In this document: one piece after another, positions 51,756 through 61,044 of the stretch | Numbering within the stretch: the stretch's first letter is position 1 | How the letters are laid out: every line of letters starts with the position of its first letter | NCBI GenBank assembly: GCA_963735595.1 | Contig: CAVTLK010000004.1 | Location: 480,001 to 544,000, forward strand | DNA: 64,000 nt | Origin: an uncultured delta proteobacterium | GTDB taxonomy: Bacteria > Desulfobacterota > Zymogenia > Zymogenales > Zymogenaceae | Direction of reading: 5' to 3' | Translations under genes and position numbers: made by a program | Notes under the pieces: model-generated | Database searches by the model: none | Seen by the model: the letters and a program-made list of their open reading frames with translations, nothing else | Told to the model about the DNA's origin: nothing

Positions 51756-52919
51756 ATGAGAATCCTTCATCTGTTGGCCGACTGGAAATGGACCGGGCCG
51801 TCCGAGCCGGTTCTCATCCTGGCCGATGCCCTTGCGAAACGGGGACACGAGGTGCTCTTTGCGGTTCAGAAGCCGCCCGAAGACGCCGGACAGGCCAACA
51901 CCATCGTTACGTTCGCCCGCCCGCGCGGAGTGCGGATCGATACCTCCCTTGACTGGGACCGACGCACCAAACCGGATAATCTCTTCGGCATACCCGGAAT
52001 CATCCGTGACGCGCGCAGGCTTGCCCGGATCATAGAAGAGTTCCGCGCCGACGTCATCAATGCCCATTCCGACCACGACCACATAACAGCGGCGCTGGCC
52101 CTGCGCTCCGTCAAGGCCCGGCCGATCCTCGTCAGGACCGACCATAAACGGGATTCGTTTCCGGCCGGTATCGCGACGCGTTTCCTTTTGTCTCGCGGGA
52201 CCGACGGGATCATCACGTTTTCGTCCGGGGCCGCATGGCGCATAATCGAAACCTTCTCGTTTCCGAAAGGCAGGCTCCTGGTGGCCGATCCGGCCCTCGA
52301 CCTTGCGCGCTGGCAACCTGGCCCGCCGGTAAAAAATATGCGGGCAACCTTCGGGATCGAGCCTGACGCATTTGTCATCGGCATGGTGGCACGCTTTCAG
52401 GCCTATAGAAAGACCGACCGGGTCATCGCGGCGTTTGCCCGACTGACGAAAAAACATCCGGAGGCCCGGTTGCTCCTGTTGGGACGAAGCTCCCAGATGG
52501 AACAGAGCGTACGGCGTCCCGCCCGGCGGCTCGGCGTGGCCGACCGGGTCATTACCCCGGGCTACGTCCGCGAGGACTACCGGGACGCGCTCGCGTCAAT
52601 GGACGCGTTCGTATTCATGATGCCGGGATCGGACGGTACGGCCCGAGCATTGAGGGAGGCAATGGCGCTGGGGCTGCCGGTCGTGGCGGCCCGTATCGGG
52701 ATGCTCCCGGAAATCGTGGAAGACATGGCCTCGGGGCTTGTCGTTGAGCCGACCGAAGACGGTATTGCGGCGGCCCTCGAACTGCTCTGCAGCGATGCCG
52801 GATTACGCAGGAGGCTTGGGGAAGGCGCGCGGCACGCCGCGCAACGGTTTGACCTGGCGCGTCACGCACAGAACGTCGATGATTTCTACGGGGCGCTCAT
52901 AAAGGCCGGCAAGAGATGA
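51756..52919 (+). CDS. GT4 glycosyltransferase
   Basis: MRILHL, IGMVARF, EAMALGLPVVA. Confidence 0.9.
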   Translation: MRILHLLADWKWTGPSEPVLILADALAKRGHEVLFAVQKPPEDAGQANTIVTFARPRGVRIDTSLDWDRRTKPDNLFGIPGIIRDARRLARIIEEFRADVINAHSDHDHITAALALRSVKARPILVRTDHKRDSFPAGIATRFLLSRGTDGIITFSSGAAWRIIETFSFPKGRLLVADPALDLARWQPGPPVKNMRATFGIEPDAFVIGMVARFQAYRKTDRVIAAFARLTKKHPEARLLLLGRSSQMEQSVRRPARRLGVADRVITPGYVREDYRDALASMDAFVFMMPGSDGTARALREAMALGLPVVAARIGMLPEIVEDMASGLVVEPTEDGIAAALELLCSDAGLRRRLGEGARHAAQRFDLARHAQNVDDFYGALIKAGKR

Positions 52920-54145
52920 TTCCCTTTATACGACGAGGATGGGCCGGGCCGGCCGCCTTCTTTCTCCCGCTCTTCCTGGCGGTAGCAGCGGCGTCCGGCG
53001 CGCAGATCACTGTCGGTCCCCTGCTGGAGCTGCCGGGCGCCGATACGATGACCGTCGTGTGGGAGACGGACTCCGCGTGCGCCAGTTCGGTGATCGTGCG
53101 CGATCCTTTGGGGACAGACCGGGAGGTAGCCTCTCCTGAAAGGGGCACGCGCCACGCCGCGACGATCGCGGGGCTGGCGCCCGACACGCGGTACGAGTAT
53201 GCGGTCCGCGTGGACGGAGAACCTATTTACCGCTCGCGCTTTCGCACGCTGCCGGAACGGGGGCCGTACCGCGTGGTGTTCCTCGGCGATACGCGGGAAA
53301 ACAGGGGCGTTTTACAGGACCTCTTCTCCCGGATCGACGCCTATCATCCGCGGCTGATCGTTTTGCTGGGCGATCACGCGACCCGGGCGGACCGGACAGA
53401 CAATTGGGAAGAGGAACTGTTTGATCCCGGGAGGGATCTCTTCGACCATATCCCGGTCATTGCCATAACCGGAAACCATGAATTTACTGACGACCCCGAA
53501 AGGACGGTGTTTCGACGGTTCTTCCCCCTGCCCCCCGGCGCACCGCCGGATGCCATGATATATGACCTGAGACTATGCGGGGATCTCTATGTATTACTCG
53601 ATTTCTATAACAGCAATCCGGTGCTACCGATCACCAACGGAATATGGCTCTACCGATTCCTGAGGGATGCATCGGAGAGGAAGGATCACGGGAACATTTT
53701 CATTATCACCCACGAAGGGGTAATCAGCCATTGGAGACTCCGCAGGGGCGATGTTGGTTTGAAACCGCTGCTCAGGATCATGGGTAAATACGGGGTCACG
53801 GCCATGATTTCGGGACACGATCACTACTACGCCCGCGGCACTACCTATTCCGGGGTACCATTTTTCATTACCGGCGGCGGGGGTTCGGCTCTCCGCACCG
53901 TTAACCGATACAATTTCTATGCCGTTCTCACGGGCAGGACCGACTTCGTAGAATCCGCCTATCATTTCCTGGTCATGGATGTTGACGGCCGGGGATGCAC
54001 GTTCAGGGCGGTGTCGCCCAACGGGACGGAATTCGATCGGGTTGTCATAAAAAAGAAAGACGGGTCCGCGGGCCGGCACCGGCTTTTTATACACATCCCT
54101 GGTTTAGGCGAAAGCTCGGAGAAGATGGAAGATGAGAGACATTAG
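52916..54145 (+). CDS. Purple acid phosphatase-like metallophosphoesterase with FN3-like N-domain (paralog 1)
   Basis: Signal peptide; GD, GD, GNHE, H, GHDH motifs. Confidence 0.88.
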   Translation: MIPFIRRGWAGPAAFFLPLFLAVAAASGAQITVGPLLELPGADTMTVVWETDSACASSVIVRDPLGTDREVASPERGTRHAATIAGLAPDTRYEYAVRVDGEPIYRSRFRTLPERGPYRVVFLGDTRENRGVLQDLFSRIDAYHPRLIVLLGDHATRADRTDNWEEELFDPGRDLFDHIPVIAITGNHEFTDDPERTVFRRFFPLPPGAPPDAMIYDLRLCGDLYVLLDFYNSNPVLPITNGIWLYRFLRDASERKDHGNIFIITHEGVISHWRLRRGDVGLKPLLRIMGKYGVTAMISGHDHYYARGTTYSGVPFFITGGGGSALRTVNRYNFYAVLTGRTDFVESAYHFLVMDVDGRGCTFRAVSPNGTEFDRVVIKKKDGSAGRHRLFIHIPGLGESSEKMEDERH

Positions 54146-55235
54146 GAAAGATATAGGGCTTGCTGTCGGCCCCGTTCTCCAATACTCCGGCGGCGATACG
54201 TTGACGGTCGTCTGGGAAACACCGGGGGAGGTCGCCGGCGAGGTCGTCTACGGGCCATCCGGAACGTCCTCCGGAACCACACGGGACCGCGTGGTTGATC
54301 GGTGCCCGGTTACTCTGCACCGTAACATTATAACGGGTCTCGTTGCGTCGACTGCCTATGACTATTCGTTGGTCGTCAAGGGGAAGGCCCTGTTTCACGG
54401 CTCGTTCAAGACGCCGCCGGCGCGCGGGCCGTACCGGGTCGTCATGTTCGGCGATCCCCATGTCCCGGCCGACGGCTTCCGGATCCTGGCGCCGCGGATA
54501 GCGGCCGAGAACCCGGATCTTATCGTGTGCCTGGGCGATATTGTCTCCGGGCCCCACCATCAGCAGAGGTGGCCGAACTTTTTTGAAATGGGCGGGGGTC
54601 TTTTCGCCCGCATCCCGTTTACCACGGCCGTCGGCAATCACGATGTCCAGGGTGGAACCGTCCTGTACGACCGCTACATCGGGAGGCCGGAGAGGACGCC
54701 GGAAGGTTACTACTACTCCGCGTTTGAGATGGGGTCTGACTATTTTCTCATCCTCGATTCGCGAAACGACCACCTCTTCTTTCATCACGGGTTCTGGCTC
54801 ATCAGAAAGCTCAGGGAGCTGAAGCGCCGCACGGACGTCCGGTATATCTTTGTCTTCAGCCACCTTGGGCCGGTCAGCTATAAAGGGATCCGCCGCGGCT
54901 TTATCGGCCTGAAGCCGCTCCTGCCGCTGATGGTCAGGGCCGGGGTATCGGCGTTATTTTCCGGCCACGACCATCATTACGTGCGCGGGAAGATACACCG
55001 GGGGTTTCCCTTCTTCGTCTCCGGCGGCGGGGGCGGGAAGTTACAGCCGGTCAGTCGATACAGCCCGTACGGCTGGTTCGCGGGGAAGAAGGAGGTCCAG
55101 GCAGAGGCAAACCACTATCTGGTAATGGACGTTGGCGACGGCCGGTGCACCGTTCGGGCGGTCGACGACCGCGGTGCGGCCTTCGATGAAGCGGTGCTGT
55201 CGCCGAGGGCCGGGCGCGCGGCGCCCGAGGATTAG
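54132..55235 (+). CDS. Purple acid phosphatase-like metallophosphoesterase (paralog 2)
   Basis: GDPH, GDIV, GNHD, GHDH; collinear with the upstream gene. Confidence 0.88.
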   Translation: MRDIRKDIGLAVGPVLQYSGGDTLTVVWETPGEVAGEVVYGPSGTSSGTTRDRVVDRCPVTLHRNIITGLVASTAYDYSLVVKGKALFHGSFKTPPARGPYRVVMFGDPHVPADGFRILAPRIAAENPDLIVCLGDIVSGPHHQQRWPNFFEMGGGLFARIPFTTAVGNHDVQGGTVLYDRYIGRPERTPEGYYYSAFEMGSDYFLILDSRNDHLFFHHGFWLIRKLRELKRRTDVRYIFVFSHLGPVSYKGIRRGFIGLKPLLPLMVRAGVSALFSGHDHHYVRGKIHRGFPFFVSGGGGGKLQPVSRYSPYGWFAGKKEVQAEANHYLVMDVGDGRCTVRAVDDRGAAFDEAVLSPRAGRAAPED

Positions 55236-55245
55236 GAAGACGCCA

Positions 55246-56889
55246 ATGGCAGAGGGGAAACCGACGTATCGCACGGGGAAGGCGGGCGGGATGGTCTGGA
55301 CGTACCGCTCGGGATGCGAGGACCTGATCGCTGCGGATTTTGCCCGGGAGATGCATGCCGGTGCACGCGAGAACATGGTGCGCATCCGGGGTCTGCTCGA
55401 CAGGGGCATGAACCGCTATTTCGTGAAAATCTTCAAACACGTCGGTATCGGGCGCTCCCTCAAGTCGCTGCTGCTGGGCCATGTCGCGAAAAAGGAATTC
55501 CGCGCCTCAGATTACCTTGTCTCGTGCGGGATTCGGACGCCGGAGGCCCTCGCCGTGGGGCTATCGCGCAGGGAACCCGATCACGCGGTTATCGTCTTTC
55601 GCGAGATTCCAGGCGCCGTCCCCGTGAAGGATATCTTTATGAAGGCGAAACCGGGCCGGCGGGAAAAGTACCTTGACCTGATTGCGGGGACGACCGCGGC
55701 CCTGCACCGGGCCTCTTTCTATCACCGTGACTATCACGGGGGAAACCTCCTGACGGCGATGGACGAAGCGGGGAAGGCGGTCCTCTGGGTCGTCGATCTG
55801 CATCGCTCGTCATTCCCGTGCGAAATGTCCGGCCGGCGGGGGCCTAAAAATATCGCCGATATCATACATTCGCTGCTGCCTGCCGTCGGTCGAGACGATA
55901 TCCCGCGTTTCTTATCTCACTATCGAAAGGAATATCCGGCGGCGCGCTGGGACGCGGCGGACGCCCAACGCTCCATCGAAAGACGTCTCAAAAAGATCGA
56001 GACGCGCCGGCTCCGGAGCCGTACAAAACGGTGCTTTGTCAACTCGAGCGGCTTTTTTGCTACGAACGACCCGGGCGAGGCCGTCTACGCGCGGCGGGAG
56101 ATGTCGCCGGAAGAAATCGACCGGGTCATCGGCCGGTTCACCCGGGGCGAATACCGGCTCATCAAAAAAGATACGAAGGCGACCATCGGCCTGGTCAGGG
56201 AGGAGCGGGGAGAGCTTTGCGTCAAGGCCTACGAGCACCTTGGTTTTTCCGGCCTGATCAAGACGCTGATGGGCATCAGCCGCGGTCACAGCTCATGGAG
56301 GGCGGCCCATGGCCTGTCGCTCAGGGGTTTTGACGCACCCCGGGGCTTCTGCCTGGTAATAAAACGGCGCCTTTTCATCCCGCGGTCGGCATACCTTGTT
56401 ACGGAATCTATTGCGCCCCGTCTCGAGATGGCCCGGTTTATCCTCAGAAATCTGAAAGGCGCGCCGCCGGACGAGGCCGCCCGTTTCGTGACGGACTTCG
56501 GCTTGGTTATCGGCTCACTGCATCGGGCGGGTATTTACCACCGGGACCTGAAGACCTCCAATATCGCCGTCGGAAGGCAGGGCACGGGTTTTTCCATCTC
56601 TTTCCTTGATCTGGACGCGGTTTCGTTCGGCGGTCATGTTTCGACGACGCGCAGGGCTAAGAACCTGGCCCAGATATTCCTCTCTACCCCGCGGATGATC
56701 GGCGCCGAACAACGTACGCTATTCTTTGAGGCGTATACCGCCGCCTCGGGGAAGCCGGAGGATTCACGGAAGATCGCACGCCTCGTCGGCAATCTCGTGA
56801 AGGGCAGGGGCATCCGTTACGTGTCCGATACCGGAGACGTGATCGAGGACGCCCGCGCCCTCTATACGCAATTGTGGGGGGACGATTAG
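55246..56889 (+). CDS. Tandem two-domain LPS kinase (Kdo/WaaP/InaA family)
   Basis: Two catalytic loops: YHRDYHGGN..VDL and YHRDLKTSN..LDLD. Confidence 0.85.
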   Translation: MAEGKPTYRTGKAGGMVWTYRSGCEDLIAADFAREMHAGARENMVRIRGLLDRGMNRYFVKIFKHVGIGRSLKSLLLGHVAKKEFRASDYLVSCGIRTPEALAVGLSRREPDHAVIVFREIPGAVPVKDIFMKAKPGRREKYLDLIAGTTAALHRASFYHRDYHGGNLLTAMDEAGKAVLWVVDLHRSSFPCEMSGRRGPKNIADIIHSLLPAVGRDDIPRFLSHYRKEYPAARWDAADAQRSIERRLKKIETRRLRSRTKRCFVNSSGFFATNDPGEAVYARREMSPEEIDRVIGRFTRGEYRLIKKDTKATIGLVREERGELCVKAYEHLGFSGLIKTLMGISRGHSSWRAAHGLSLRGFDAPRGFCLVIKRRLFIPRSAYLVTESIAPRLEMARFILRNLKGAPPDEAARFVTDFGLVIGSLHRAGIYHRDLKTSNIAVGRQGTGFSISFLDLDAVSFGGHVSTTRRAKNLAQIFLSTPRMIGAEQRTLFFEAYTAASGKPEDSRKIARLVGNLVKGRGIRYVSDTGDVIEDARALYTQLWGDD

Positions 56890-56894
56890 GGGCG

Positions 56895-58820
56895 ATGTGC
56901 GGAATTGTGGGAATCGTTCGATTTGACGGCCGCCCCATTGACCCGGGGCGTCTTGAGGCCATGCGCGACACCATGATCCACCGGGGTCCGGACGACCGGG
57001 GGATCTACCTCTCCCGTGACGGGGAGACGCCGACGGTAGGCCTCGGCCACCGGCGCCTTTCCATCATCGACCTTTCGACCGCCGGGCGCCAGCCCATGGC
57101 CACCGAGGACGGCCGCCTCGTCATTGTCCATAACGGCGAGATATACAACTTCCGTCAGCTGCGCGGCCAGCTCGAATCGCTCGGACATACCTTCTTTTCC
57201 CAGACAGATACTGAGGTCATCCTCCGGGGCTACCGGCAGTGGGGAGAAGACGTCGTCCACCGGCTGGTGGGGATGTTCGCGTTTGCCGTGTGGGATGCGC
57301 GGGAGCGCCGCCTCTTCGCCGCCCGCGATCCGTTCGGGATCAAGCCGCTGGTCTATTATCATGACGACGCGGCGCTTATCTTTGCCTCGGAGATCAAGGC
57401 GATTACCGCGTCCGATATGGCGCGCCTTTCGGTCGATCCCGAGGCGCTCTCCGAGTACGTCTGTCTCAACTATATTCCGGCCCCCCGGAGCGTGTATCGC
57501 GAGATACAAAAGCTTCCCCCCGGCCATACCCTTACCGTCGATTCCGGCACGATCAGGATACATCGCTATTACGATTTGGCGGCCCGCGTCAGCGGGGCCG
57601 AGCCGCTCACGTACCGGCAGGCGCGCCGCGAGCTCAGACAGCGCCTCACCGCCTCGGTGGAAGGGCAGCTCGTTGCCGACGTGCCCCTGGCGGCTTTCTT
57701 GAGCGGCGGACTGGATTCCTCCATTATCACCGGAATCGTGAATTCCCTCGGGGAACCGGTCAAAACCTTCACCATAGGGTTTGGCAAGGACGGGCTCTTT
57801 GATGAGACCGATTACGCCAGGGACGTGATTGAAATGAATAAGAACGTCCGGGGGACTATCCTGGACCTGACGAGTGACGACCTGTTTGACCTGATACCGA
57901 CCGTTATGGACGGCCTGGACGAGCCGTTCGCCGATTTTTCCGTCGTGCCGACCTATCTCGTCACCAAGAAGGCACGCCGGGAGGTTACGGTGGCGCTGTC
58001 GGGTGACGGCGCCGACGAGGTCTTCGGCGGATACCGGAAGTATCTCGGCGAACAGTTTTATCGCTGGTGGCGCCTGATACCGGCTCCCGTGCGGCACGGG
58101 GTCATCGGCCCGATGGTCGCCCGTCTCCCGCAGTCGCGGGGCACCCGGTTGGGCGAAGCGGCTCGCAAGGTTAAAAGGTTTATCGACGGCCAGGCGCTCG
58201 ACCCCGCCGGACGGCACTTTCGGTGGCTCTCGGTCCTCACGTCGGATACCGCCGGCCGGATACTGACGGGTGATTTTATGCGTCAGTTTCGAGACGCGGC
58301 ATCCGCCCGCTCAATTGTCGAGGAGCTTTTTTCGTCGTTTCCCGGCGACGTAAAAAACAGGATGTTCTATACGGACGTCAGCCTGGTGCTCCCCGACGAT
58401 ATGCTGGCAAAGGTGGATGCCATGAGCATGAAAAACTCCCTCGAGGTAAGGGTTCCCTTCCTCGATCCGTCGGTTCTGGAGCTCGCCTTTGCACTGCCCG
58501 GTGAGTTCAAGCTTTCGGGTATACGGAGAAAGCGAATCCTGCAGGATGCCTTTAGCGATATACTGCCGAGACGGATCATCAATCGACCCAAACAGGGATT
58601 TGAGATGCCTATCGGCGAATGGTTCAAGGGACGGCTTGCCCCCCTCTTCTTTGACGTCGTTACCAAGGACGCGGCCGACAGGCTCGGGGTTTTTCGGTAT
58701 GACGGGATCAAAGAAATCTATCGAATGCACCGGGACAACCGGCGGGATTATACCTTTTTGTTGTGGAATATCTTCGCCCTCGTATGGTGGGACACAAGGA
58801 GGCGCGCGGAAAGGTCGTGA
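56895..58820 (+). CDS. asnB: Asparagine synthase (glutamine-hydrolyzing) family amidotransferase
   Basis: MCGI, HRGPD, HRRLSIIDL, NGEIYNF, LSGGLDSS, SGDGADE. Confidence 0.93.
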   Translation: MCGIVGIVRFDGRPIDPGRLEAMRDTMIHRGPDDRGIYLSRDGETPTVGLGHRRLSIIDLSTAGRQPMATEDGRLVIVHNGEIYNFRQLRGQLESLGHTFFSQTDTEVILRGYRQWGEDVVHRLVGMFAFAVWDARERRLFAARDPFGIKPLVYYHDDAALIFASEIKAITASDMARLSVDPEALSEYVCLNYIPAPRSVYREIQKLPPGHTLTVDSGTIRIHRYYDLAARVSGAEPLTYRQARRELRQRLTASVEGQLVADVPLAAFLSGGLDSSIITGIVNSLGEPVKTFTIGFGKDGLFDETDYARDVIEMNKNVRGTILDLTSDDLFDLIPTVMDGLDEPFADFSVVPTYLVTKKARREVTVALSGDGADEVFGGYRKYLGEQFYRWWRLIPAPVRHGVIGPMVARLPQSRGTRLGEAARKVKRFIDGQALDPAGRHFRWLSVLTSDTAGRILTGDFMRQFRDAASARSIVEELFSSFPGDVKNRMFYTDVSLVLPDDMLAKVDAMSMKNSLEVRVPFLDPSVLELAFALPGEFKLSGIRRKRILQDAFSDILPRRIINRPKQGFEMPIGEWFKGRLAPLFFDVVTKDAADRLGVFRYDGIKEIYRMHRDNRRDYTFLLWNIFALVWWDTRRRAERS

Positions 58821-60028
58821 CCAGAATCAAGGTTATGCGCATCATTACCCGGCTCAACGTCGGCGGGCCGTCGATTCACGCGGTGCTGTTAGCCAAGGGA
58901 CTTGATACACGCGTGTTTGAGTCTATCCTGGTTACGGGCCAGCTCAGCAAGGGGGAGGGGAGCATGGGGTACCTTGCCGAGGAAGCCGGGATCAACCCGA
59001 TTGTCGTGCCCACCCTCGGACGGGAGATCAACGTCATCGATGATATCATCTCATTCGTGCAGATCGTCCGGCTCATTGCCTCGTATCGGCCGGATATCAT
59101 CCATACACATCTGGCCAAGGCGGGAACCCTCGGGAGGATCGGCGGGGCCTTCGCGAAGTTTATCTTGATTTTCTGTAATAAGAAGATTAAGATATTCCAC
59201 ACTTATCACGGGCACTATTTTTACGGCTATTTTGGACCGGTCAAAACCAGGGTATTCATATATATTGAGCGGACGCTCGCCCTCTTTTGCAGAAACATAG
59301 TTATTATCAGCCGGCTCCTGAAGGATGATATTGTCAAGACCTACCGAATTGTCCCGGAACGCAAGGCCCTCGTCATCCCACTCGGTTTCAATTTCGACAA
59401 GCTCGCCACCGGCAGGGAAAATGGGGAGAGATTCAGGCGGGAGATCGGTGCGCGTACCAACGAAAAAACCGTGGGTATAGTGGGAAGGCTCACGACGATA
59501 AAGAACCACGATTTGTTTCTTGAGACAGCCGCCCGCTTCATCGCGGACGATACGATGCCGAGCGTGCGTTTCGCAGTAATAGGGGACGGGGAATTGCGGC
59601 AAAGACTGGAACGAAAGGCCGAGAAGCTCGGGATTGCACAGAGGGTCGCTTTTACGGGGTGGCGGCGGGATATGGGCGACGTGTATGCGGGACTTGACGT
59701 GCTGATGCTCACGTCAATCAACGAAGGGACGCCGGTAACGATCATCGAGGCAATGGCCCTTGGAATCCCCGTCGTCGCCACCGCGGTCGGTGGGGTCCCG
59801 GATCTCTTCGGCGCCGGTGTGGGCGGATCCACTACGGTCCGTCAGAGGGGTGTCATGGTTGCCTCCGGCGACGACGCAGGGCTTGCCGAAGGGCTGAAGC
59901 TCGTCCTGACCGATGAGACTACCACGGCGGCTGTCGTAAAACGGGCACAGGAGTATGTGCGGCGTGAATACGACGCAAAGAGGCTCATAAAGGATATCGA
60001 GTCTCTATACCTTGATGCACTGACTTGA
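58817..60028 (+). CDS. GT4 glycosyltransferase
   Basis: IITRLNVGGP, IHTHLAKAG, NEGTPV.IIEAMA; GTG overlaps the asnB stop. Confidence 0.92.
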   Translation: MTRIKVMRIITRLNVGGPSIHAVLLAKGLDTRVFESILVTGQLSKGEGSMGYLAEEAGINPIVVPTLGREINVIDDIISFVQIVRLIASYRPDIIHTHLAKAGTLGRIGGAFAKFILIFCNKKIKIFHTYHGHYFYGYFGPVKTRVFIYIERTLALFCRNIVIISRLLKDDIVKTYRIVPERKALVIPLGFNFDKLATGRENGERFRREIGARTNEKTVGIVGRLTTIKNHDLFLETAARFIADDTMPSVRFAVIGDGELRQRLERKAEKLGIAQRVAFTGWRRDMGDVYAGLDVLMLTSINEGTPVTIIEAMALGIPVVATAVGGVPDLFGAGVGGSTTVRQRGVMVASGDDAGLAEGLKLVLTDETTTAAVVKRAQEYVRREYDAKRLIKDIESLYLDALT

Positions 60029-60069
60029 TGCACTGGCGTATCGTAGTGGCTTAGCGTGCTGGTGAAAAA

Positions 60070-61044
60070 ATGAATGTACTCATAACGGGTGGCGCCGGTT
60101 TCATCGGCTCTCATCTGGCCGAAAGGCTCATTTCCCGGGGAGACGATGTGTATATCATCGACAATCTTTCGACCGGGAGCCTGAAAAACATCGAAGCGAT
60201 CAAGAAGCACGGGGCATGTCACGCGGTCATAGACTCCGTCCTCAATGAGGGGACGCTCAACGAACTTGCCGGAAGATGCGACTGCATATACCATCTGGCG
60301 GCCGCGGTTGGCGTCAAGCTCATCATGGAAAACCCGGTAGAAACCTTGGAGACTAACGTCCTGGGGACCGAGGCGGTGCTGCGGACGGCCAACCTCCATA
60401 AGAGAAAGGTTCTCGTTGCCTCCACCTCGGAGGTTTATGGCAAAGCGATGGATATCCAGGGAGAGGGGGGGATGCTCATGGAGGAAAACGACCTCCTCCT
60501 CGGGCCGACGTGTAAGCGGCGGTGGGCATACGCCTGCTCCAAGGCCCTTGACGAATTCCTGGCCCTGGCTTACTATGACGAGAAGGGACTTCCCGTGATT
60601 ATCACGCGGCTCTTTAACACGGTCGGCCCCCGGCAGACCGGGCGCTATGGAATGGTGATACCGACCTTCGTCACGTCGGCCCTGCTGGGGAAACCCCTGC
60701 CGGTTTTTGGCACCGGTGAGCAATCCAGAAGCTTTACCCATGTCGATGATGTTGTTTCGGCGATAATCTCCCTCATGGAGTGCCCCGGCGCCGAGGGACA
60801 GATATTCAATATCGGGAACTCTGAGGAGATTACCATTAACGAACTGGCTAAAAAGGTAATCGAGTTTGCCAACAGTAAATCGACCATCGAGCATATCCCA
60901 TACGAACGAGCATACGGCAAGGGTTTCGAAGACATGGAACGGCGATACCCGGATCTTACGAAAATTCAGAAGCTCATCGGATACCGCCCTGAAAAGAGCA
61001 TCGACGATATTATTCGAAGCGTCATCGAGTACTACGAGAAATAG
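60070..61044 (+). CDS. NAD-dependent NDP-sugar epimerase/dehydratase
   Basis: TGGAGFIGSHL, STSEVYG, YACSK, RLFNTVGPRQ. Confidence 0.93.
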   Translation: MNVLITGGAGFIGSHLAERLISRGDDVYIIDNLSTGSLKNIEAIKKHGACHAVIDSVLNEGTLNELAGRCDCIYHLAAAVGVKLIMENPVETLETNVLGTEAVLRTANLHKRKVLVASTSEVYGKAMDIQGEGGMLMEENDLLLGPTCKRRWAYACSKALDEFLALAYYDEKGLPVIITRLFNTVGPRQTGRYGMVIPTFVTSALLGKPLPVFGTGEQSRSFTHVDDVVSAIISLMECPGAEGQIFNIGNSEEITINELAKKVIEFANSKSTIEHIPYERAYGKGFEDMERRYPDLTKIQKLIGYRPEKSIDDIIRSVIEYYEK

